Assembly (NCBI GenBank): GCA_018985225.1
Contig: JADGIF010000494.1
Coordinates: 1 to 7,738 of the forward strand
DNA: 7,738 nt
Origin: Amoeboradix gromovi X-113
Lineage: Eukaryota > Fungi > Sanchytriomycota
Reading direction: 5' to 3'
Shown: positions 1-6,427 of the stretch, in pieces
Numbering within the stretch: position 1 is the stretch's first letter
Layout of the letters: every line of letters starts with the position of its first letter
The notes under the pieces: model-generated
Told to the model about the DNA's origin: nothing
The model's database searches: none
Seen by the model: only the letters and a program-made list of their open reading frames with translations
Program-made: the position numbers and the translations under genes

Positions 1-305
1 GATCTTTATTTCAAATAAAATATCACTATTACACTTCAAAGAAATAGACAAGAGTAATGATGTTAGTATAACATTACAAAATGACTCTAGAAAAGAGTAC
101 CGTCTAAGAAAATGCACCTTTTGCTTAGATGCTCAAAGACCTCATATTTGAACGAGATGCAGGGTCTTCTAGTTTTGTTTTGAAGAGGGGATTGACATTA
201 ATGAAAGAAAATTGGTGTAATAGAAGATCTTTAAATAAGAGTTAGTCTAGTTTTTATATTTGGTGTCCCACTCTAATAGATCCCTCTCCCCAAGGTGAAA
301 AATCA

Positions 306-311
306 TACCCC
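306..311 (+). promoter_or_regulatory. TACCCC start-proximal motif (candidate core promoter element)
   Basis: 19 nt between motif and ATG 331; a second C-tract (TCCCC, 287-291) lies just upstream; the same hexamer or its reverse complement precedes all four intact genes. Confidence 0.55.
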
Positions 312-330
312 GTCATTTTAATTGAAACAA

Positions 331-972
331 ATGTTCGCACTTTCGTTATTGGTTTCTTCCAGCGAAATGCCAAGTGGGTTTGAGAGAGTAACGTTTGGAT
401 CATTAATTAAGCTAGTGCATTACAAATCCGACTACAGACTGAATAGCATAGCAGTTAATTATGCAAGTGGAAGTGGGCAACAAGTAGTTACATCTGTCCC
501 GACGGCTAAAGACACAAATTCATACTGGATGGTTAGAAACGGATTTTCAGAAGAACAGCAAGAGTTGGGAACTGTAGTAAGGTGTAACAATATAATTAGA
601 TTACAACATGTCAATACCCAAAAGCATTTACATTCACATTATCATTCTAGCCCTGTATCAAAGCAGCAAGAAGTTAGTGCCTTTGGAGAAGAGAACCTGG
701 ACGACAACTGGAAAGTTATTTGCAGTAAAGGTAACTTTTGGATCAGGGATGAACCTGTACAGCTGTTGCACATTGGAACTGATAAATATCTCAGTTCCTC
801 TGAAGAGCACTCTTTTGGTAACCCAATCCAAGGTCAATTAGAGATTTATGCGTCTTTGAATGACGATGAATCAAAGTGGAAAGCAAGCGAAGGTATGTAT
901 GTGGGTGAAGATGAAGAGAACTGGGGATCCAGCAATAACTCTGATGAAAATAAATTTCAAGAAGAATTGTGA
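331..972 (+). CDS. SDF2: Stromal cell-derived factor 2-like ER protein (three MIR repeats)
   Basis: Family blocks are colinear with SDF2/SDF2L1: VTFGSLIKL, YASGSGQQVVT, DTNSYW, IRLQHVNTQKHLHSH, SPVSKQQEVSAFG, FGNPIQGQLEI, WKASEGMY. Hydrophobic N-terminus MFALSLLVSS and C-terminal QEEL (KDEL/HDEL-like). Start placed at ATG 331 because the track's 322 start is TTG; stop TGA 970-972. Confidence 0.93.
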   Translation: MFALSLLVSSSEMPSGFERVTFGSLIKLVHYKSDYRLNSIAVNYASGSGQQVVTSVPTAKDTNSYWMVRNGFSEEQQELGTVVRCNNIIRLQHVNTQKHLHSHYHSSPVSKQQEVSAFGEENLDDNWKVICSKGNFWIRDEPVQLLHIGTDKYLSSSEEHSFGNPIQGQLEIYASLNDDESKWKASEGMYVGEDEENWGSSNNSDENKFQEEL

Positions 973-977
973 ATAAA
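972..977 (+). terminator. AATAAA polyadenylation signal candidate overlapping the SDF2 stop codon
   Basis: TGAATAAA at 970-977. The hexamer is common in AT-rich DNA, so position is the only support. Confidence 0.45.
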
Positions 978-2324
978 TTAATTTATATTGAAATGGCTCA
1001 TTAGTATGACTGACCGAAATGCATATTACGACTCAGTTTGCACTATTCATCTACCACTCCTTAAAGAGCGGCTTTGATAGCAGATCCTACAATGCTGAAT
1101 TTCCCAAAGGAGACAGAATATTACCATCGGACTTACTGCCTGTAGACGGACGTAATTACATTTTTCAAGCAAATCCGTAAAAAGACAAGGAGCTAGGTGC
1201 AACCTCAGTAAATATTTTACGATGATCCAAAATGCCAAGTAAATCAATTCATTGAATATAAATACCAAGTTTCGCTTGAATATAAGTTAACGCATTACAG
1301 AAAACGTGCTTTTTAAATAATTAATAGTTGCCTGGCGAGTACAAGTAATCAACTCTGTCTAAAATAGTATCTCCGGATTGCTATTCCATATTATCAGAGA
1401 TACCGTTACACCTTGTTTGGTGACTATCATTGCTTTGGTTTTAGGGACAATCTGTAGAAAATTGTATGCCAATCGAAAAAAGTAGTGAACTTGTGACTGC
1501 TAATAGATACCAAATTCTCTGCTATAATGATTGAAGGTTGAGGATAAAAATTATATCCAATATTCCTTGTCACTCGATGAGGCTGTCCCTTAACTCGTCC
1601 GCACCATTGTATAAAACAAGCATGAAATACAAATGTGCAAGGATATAAAAATTTGGTTTACACCTCCATTGTCAGTACTTTCTATTGCTGATTTTCAATG
1701 CTTCAGGCTAATATGGCCCACTCTGAGCTGTAGTTTGAGTTTTTTATAGAGGTCGTAGAATACTTTAGTACTCAAAAACATCTTTTAATATTACTTTCGT
1801 ATTGTCTAATGAAAAACTATTAATCAAATAACACGCTGTTGATACAATTACATTTCAACTACAAAAGGTTGCCATGATATTGATTATGGCTAAATGAGAA
1901 GATGCTCCCACATTTCTTGGTGAAAGAAACTAGCTGAATGCATTTATGAATAAAAGAGTTTAATGCTGGGATGTTTTGATCAGTTATCTAGAATTACTTT
2001 TCTAATCTGCCGTTATACAGAGCACTGTCAAGTATCTTAGTGCCTTGGCTGAAGCGCCAGAATTTATTAAACTTAAAGAGAATTGCAGCCAAGCATACAA
2101 ATTTCAATTTGCAGTCGCAATAGAATTGTGCTATTCCCGCTAAGGAATACATAAAAATTACTATAAAAGCTGAATATAAAAGATGCATTTCCTCTCAAGT
2201 ATAAGAGAATTACATTCTTTCGAGACGTTTCTGAGATTGAATCATTGCTTGAACACGATCCCTATCAAATATCAATGACCCAAGACAACTCCAGAAGGGA
2301 CGAAAACAACAATTTTGTCAATAA

Positions 2325-4205
2325 AAACCTTCTGGATATTGCCTTCAGATACTCAATGACAGTATACTAAGAACTGAATGCAAAAACAGAGACCAGAAAT
2401 GTAAGACTGCAAAACAATCGGAAGTTATCAAATACTTTGCCGCGATACAAGAGTGGCATGAAGATGATATTAGGAGACATGGTCTAGTGTATTCAGCTAA
2501 AAGTTTAAATTTACGTGGGCTGAATTTAGAGCTTTTTAGCCAGAACGCAGGGTTAAAGATGATTGTGGTCAACAGTGTTGGATCCATTCGTAGAAGACTA
2601 CTACCTTCGATGCGATTGCTAACATATCTAAATGGAATTTCACAAATGTACTAATCAAGTTTACAAGGCGTTTATGGCAAAGCATTTATTCAGAATTATC
2701 AAGAGAAAACATGTAGTAAACCTATGCAGATGTAAAGACATCCGGAAAAATATTTAATGGCCTCTGTAAACATTGTGAATCTATAGGACTGTACGTGAAC
2801 AACACCTTGTTCTTGCAAATAAGTACTTGACAAAGATGGGCAAAAGTGTCGCTAGTAAAACCACTATGGCGTTTTTTATCACCTCTACAAGGTGAAGTGT
2901 TTACATTGAATATGGGAACAACGAAGATGCCTATAGATCGTACGGCGATAACACTGAAATCTAGTCATATGATTTTCTGGTTTGCACTACTAAGCTGTAT
3001 CTTTTTATGATGTTAAACAAAGAATTATGAGTTACCATTTAAATCTGGATTTTAAGAGGTCACTCTCTGAAATCTTTGGACTTCATAAGCCAGAAGTTGA
3101 TGATTTGGTGTTATTCGCTGATTTTCCATTTTACACTAAAACTGATATAATTGAGATTCTTGAAAAATCGTTGAAATCAAAAACATAGAGCATAGAACCA
3201 TTGCAAAACTACAATATCTATACGGTAGAGCCATACATTTAGGAGAATTTGTCGAATATTTCTGAAAGCTTGAAAAGAAAAGCGAACTTTTAAATGTAAA
3301 GGAATTAAAGCTTTTTGTATCAAACTATAAAACAAAGATATTGGACGGCTATGAACCTACTTGGCAACGGTACTTAATTCAGCGAAAGTAGCAGAAATAG
3401 GGAAAATATTAAGCAGTTGTTTTAATACGCATACATTGCTCAAAATCATAGTATTACTGCAAAATATCTCCAAAAATACTGGATATTACGTTACTTAACA
3501 AGAAAAAATGGATTCCAATGAAAATAGGCTGCTAATATGTGATTTAGTTTTTCAAGTATGCACAAAGGTCTAGCATTTCATTACATTTGGTGTGGCCCAG
3601 TGTTTTGAGGATAATCAAAAAACCGATTGTTTTGATTACCTTTGAGATCAATTCGCTAGTAAAACTCTGCTTGAAGGCGATGAGTTAGAATGTTTGATGC
3701 ATTACAGACTTTGTGAATATGGAAGAAAAAGTCATTGTTTTAAGATATTCTTAACAAAAGATCCTAATACGGTTAAGGCAACAATAAGAGAGAATTTAAA
3801 AGAATAGGAACTGTCTAGGAATCATATCATCAAACCTTTAAACAAGACAAAGTATTTACAGTTTTAGGCCTCTCGAGATTTGAAGTTAAAAAAAATCTAT
3901 CATTATCAGTTACTGAGCAGTTTAATCAACATATCACTTTTGAGATCAGGAAAGTCGATGGTGTCACTAGATTTGTGCAAATATGGTCACCAATTTTAAC
4001 TAACATTTTGATTTTCACTGAATTTCCACTGCATAACTAGAAAGACAATAGTTATGCCTACCTGATTTCAAAATCTTACAAAAGACAACAATCATATTAT
4101 CTCACCTTGATATGCCAGCTGACTGGTGCAATTAATAAAGCAACTAGACCAGTCTCCGCATTAGATCTGGCTTTTCTTAATGAAATACACATCCTTACTC
4201 CTTAA
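2325..4205 (+). pseudogene. Decayed protein-coding remnant, tentatively Crinkler-like P-loop NTPase plus nuclease-fold region; boundaries approximate, may extend upstream towards ~1000
   Basis: Long plus-strand stop-poor segments in shifting frames (2325-2651, 109 codons without stop; 3819-4202, one stop). Motif remnants in order: GKSVASKTT (2839-2865), FADFPFY (~3114-3134), LYGRAIHLGEFVE (3218-3256), FITFGVA (~3577-3597), GDELE (3676-3690). Multiple stops and frameshifts. Family call is from recalled motif resemblance only. Confidence 0.4.
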
Positions 4206-4399
4206 TTCAACATTAAGGTCTTTCCATCACTAATGCTCCTTGCCATCTTACTCTCAAAGCATATGAAAACAATATGTATAGTATCTTGTCATTTATGGGC
4301 CAGTGCGTATTTTTTTTCTACTGCAACAATATTTTACCGAGTGTGTTTGGGCAAATAATATCAACCTCAATTAGATAATTGGATGACATATGCCCTGAA

Positions 4400-4405
4400 G
4401 GGGTA
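4400..4405 (+). promoter_or_regulatory. GGGGTA (reverse complement of TACCCC) start-proximal motif
   Basis: 17 nt between motif and ATG 4423. Confidence 0.5.
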
Positions 4406-4422
4406 TCTCACAAAATAATCAT

Positions 4423-4926
4423 ATGCAACGTATAAAGTTAATATCGGTGATGAATGGTACATGCGGAAATGCCAATGGGATGAAAGAGGTATGTCCAGAT
4501 CAGTTTTGCTGTTCCAAATATGGCTACTGCGGTAAAGGCCGTGAATATTGTGGGGCTGGATGCCAGAAGATTTATGGGCAATGTTATGTAGAAGATAATC
4601 CGACTAACTTATACTGTGGACTTGGCAATGCGAAAGATACTTGTGAAAAATGTGTAAACACAAGCAATGGCATGTGCTCTGATTTTGGATCTAAGGGTGA
4701 GTCCCTTTCAACGTTCTCAGTTCAAATTTTTCTGTCTATTTTTGGAATCCTTATTGGATTAGCACTTTTTCTCGTCATGGTTTGCTGTCCAATCTATTTC
4801 AAATGGAAAAAGAAAAGGGGTTATAAACTAGGGTCTATTACGTCTAGCGAAATTGATCAGCTTTCAAGAAAGCGCGATCTCACATATTTGAACATAGTTG
4901 GTTCTGGGTCAAGCTTTAAGAGCTGA
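4423..4926 (+). CDS. Chitin-binding type-1 (hevein/CBM18) domain single-pass membrane protein
   Basis: Eight-Cys hevein pattern CGNANGMKEVCPDQFCCSKYGYCGKGREYCGAGCQKIYGQC (4462-4584) with the CCSxYGYCG signature; then a 4-Cys module, a hydrophobic segment IFLSIFGILIGLALFLVMVCCPIYF and a basic stop-transfer cluster KWKKKR. No clear signal peptide, so the 5' end is less certain. Confidence 0.82.
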   Translation: MQRIKLISVMNGTCGNANGMKEVCPDQFCCSKYGYCGKGREYCGAGCQKIYGQCYVEDNPTNLYCGLGNAKDTCEKCVNTSNGMCSDFGSKGESLSTFSVQIFLSIFGILIGLALFLVMVCCPIYFKWKKKRGYKLGSITSSEIDQLSRKRDLTYLNIVGSGSSFKS

Positions 4927-4937
4927 GCTGTTAAAAA

Positions 4938-4943
4938 AATAAA
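4938..4943 (+). terminator. AATAAA polyadenylation signal candidate
   Basis: 11 nt after the TGA ending at 4926, followed by T-rich sequence. Confidence 0.4.
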
Positions 4944-5020
4944 TTTTATTTAAGATTTTGATTTGTCGTAGAAAAGTTGCATGTTCAATGTGGATATCTC
5001 GGGGCAGACCAACTTTGATT

Positions 5021-5026
5021 GGGGTA
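5021..5026 (+). promoter_or_regulatory. GGGGTA start-proximal motif
   Basis: 26 nt between motif and ATG 5053; a second G-tract (GGGG, 5001-5004) lies upstream. Confidence 0.5.
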
Positions 5027-5052
5027 GATAGGGAAACTAATTTGAAATTTGA

Positions 5053-5541
5053 ATGTTGTACATATTTCTAGCATTGATAGCTGCTGATACTAATTTGACG
5101 ACTGAAAATGTATTCAGCGCAAACACAAACTCTACAAACGCAATCTCAAATTGCGGATTAACCAACATTGATGATATTTGTCAAAAATGTAAAAACCCTG
5201 TTGAAAAATTATGTTCAAACTACAAATACAAAGACGCTCAATTAGGACTAACGGTGGTAGGCTTATTAATTGCAATTATTACTGCTCTGGTAGTTATTGG
5301 CTGTCCCTTGTATTTATGGTATAAAAAGAATGGGGTTATGATGAAAGCTAACAAAGAAATATGTGACACAGATGAGAAGTCGCCAAATTTGGACCTGATT
5401 TTTCTGGATATTAGTATGCTCAAGCAAGTTGCAAGCAATGATACATTGATAGGGTGCACCGAGGAAAGTTGCGGTTTTAAGTACGGCAATTATGATAACG
5501 GCGTTGCTTGTTGCAGCGCTCGTATCAGCCTCTCAGACTAG
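5053..5541 (+). CDS. Type I membrane protein of unknown function, tandem paralog of 4423..4926
   Basis: Signal-like MLYIFLALIAA, Asn/Thr-rich spacer with sequons NLT and NST, 4-Cys module matching the upstream gene, TM segment LGLTVVGLLIAIITALVVIGCPLYLWY followed by KK. 3' end uncertain (possible intron 5522-5541). Confidence 0.75.
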   Translation: MLYIFLALIAADTNLTTENVFSANTNSTNAISNCGLTNIDDICQKCKNPVEKLCSNYKYKDAQLGLTVVGLLIAIITALVVIGCPLYLWYKKNGVMMKANKEICDTDEKSPNLDLIFLDISMLKQVASNDTLIGCTEESCGFKYGNYDNGVACCSARISLSD

Positions 5542-5595
5542 AAGCTTTAAATCTACTGGGGCTACTTTCAGATTAAGCGCACTAGTAGTTTACAA

Positions 5596-5601
5596 AATAA
5601 A
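5596..5601 (+). terminator. AATAAA polyadenylation signal candidate
   Basis: First AATAAA downstream of the 5053 gene, followed by T-rich sequence. Confidence 0.3.
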
Positions 5602-6403
5602 TCGGTATTTATTTTTCTTGAATTAAAAGGATCAAGAGTTTTAAATGATATAAAAAAATATCAAGACCTTGCCGCTAGTTCAAATACAAAAAAGTAGTAT
5701 TTTATCGTCAAGGTAGAGTCACGCATTAACTGATTTAAACAATAATTATGATTTTTCTAGTTGTACACTACTTAAAACCCAGTTTGGCGCATTCGCAATT
5801 CAAATAGTAGTACCGGATCGTAAAGAGAGTCTCGGTGAAGAGTTTTAAGAATGAGGTACTAGTAGATGTACTATTCTAGTATTTTTAACATTCATTAGAT
5901 TTAGTTCTTAGTTAAGTTTCAAAAACGTAATTATCGGATTGCAATGCGGTCAATATAACCTACTACACCATAAACACGTTTTACTGTTCTCCCATATTGC
6001 TAACCTCTACATTTGTGCAAAAGTGAAAAAACTAATGATAATCAACATCTCAAATACATCAAGTCTTCGAAGATACTCTATATTTAATTGCCTAATCCGT
6101 ATGCGGCAATTACTGTTAGAAATCCTCTATCTCCGTAACGTACTAAGGATAAAGCAATACCAATGTTTTCTTGTTTGGAATACTGCAACGGCTATCTCCG
6201 TTGTGTTTACAATTATCGCCACTTACCAAATTATTTTGTACACGTCTCTATATAATCTTTTTCGCATTTTTATCCAGTTCACATGAAAACAGCTTTGTAC
6301 ACCAGAACCGATTTTTCACTTCTCTGGTGTTACGATGCTTTAGCGCTAGTGCAATGATCCGATAATACAAACAAGATAGAGCTTTTATTTTCTCATCCCC
6401 TTT

Positions 6404-6409
6404 TACCCC
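6404..6409 (+). promoter_or_regulatory. TACCCC start-proximal motif
   Basis: 18 nt between motif and ATG 6428; second C-tract at 6397-6400; followed by CATTTTACTTGAA, which resembles CATTTTAATTGAA before SDF2. Confidence 0.55.
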
Positions 6410-6427
6410 ATTTTACTTGAACAGAAT

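Noticed and set aside
2-151. Frame open from the window edge to TGA 149-151 (49 codons), possibly the 3' end of an upstream gene
   Set aside because: Too short, no recognisable motif, and no upstream context.
322-330. ORF-track start for SDF2 at 322
   Set aside because: It is TTG; ATG 331 is the expected eukaryotic start and gives motif spacing consistent with the other genes.
608-841. 77-aa plus-strand ORF
   Set aside because: Alternate frame nested inside SDF2 with no features.
1047-1268. 73-aa minus-strand ORF
   Set aside because: Non-ATG start, no motif, no promoter box.
1994-2587. Minus-strand ORFs 1994..2188 and 2345..2587
   Set aside because: Short, featureless, and antisense to stop-poor plus-strand frames; likely shadows.
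3852-3867. gtatttacagttttag, a 16-nt intron look-alike
   Set aside because: One frame already reads through it unspliced, and removal does not yield a better reading frame.
1778-4205. TAA/TAG reassigned to Gln as an explanation for the interrupted frames
   Set aside because: SDF2 and PFK-2 encode all their Gln with CAA/CAG over more than 600 codons, and the region also has TGA stops and frameshifts.
4233-4358. Short ORF MLLAILLSK... as a signal-peptide exon for the 4423 gene
   Set aside because: I could not find a canonical splice path joining it in frame without a stop.
5238-5489. 83-aa minus-strand ORF
   Set aside because: Antisense shadow of the 5053 gene.
5857-6330. Small hairpins (TACTAG..CTAGTA 5857-5881; ACACCAGA..TCTGGTGT 6299-6330) and a 10-nt direct repeat CTATCTCCGT (6127, 6192)
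   Set aside because: Short enough to occur by chance; no TIR/TSD or ncRNA structure supports them.
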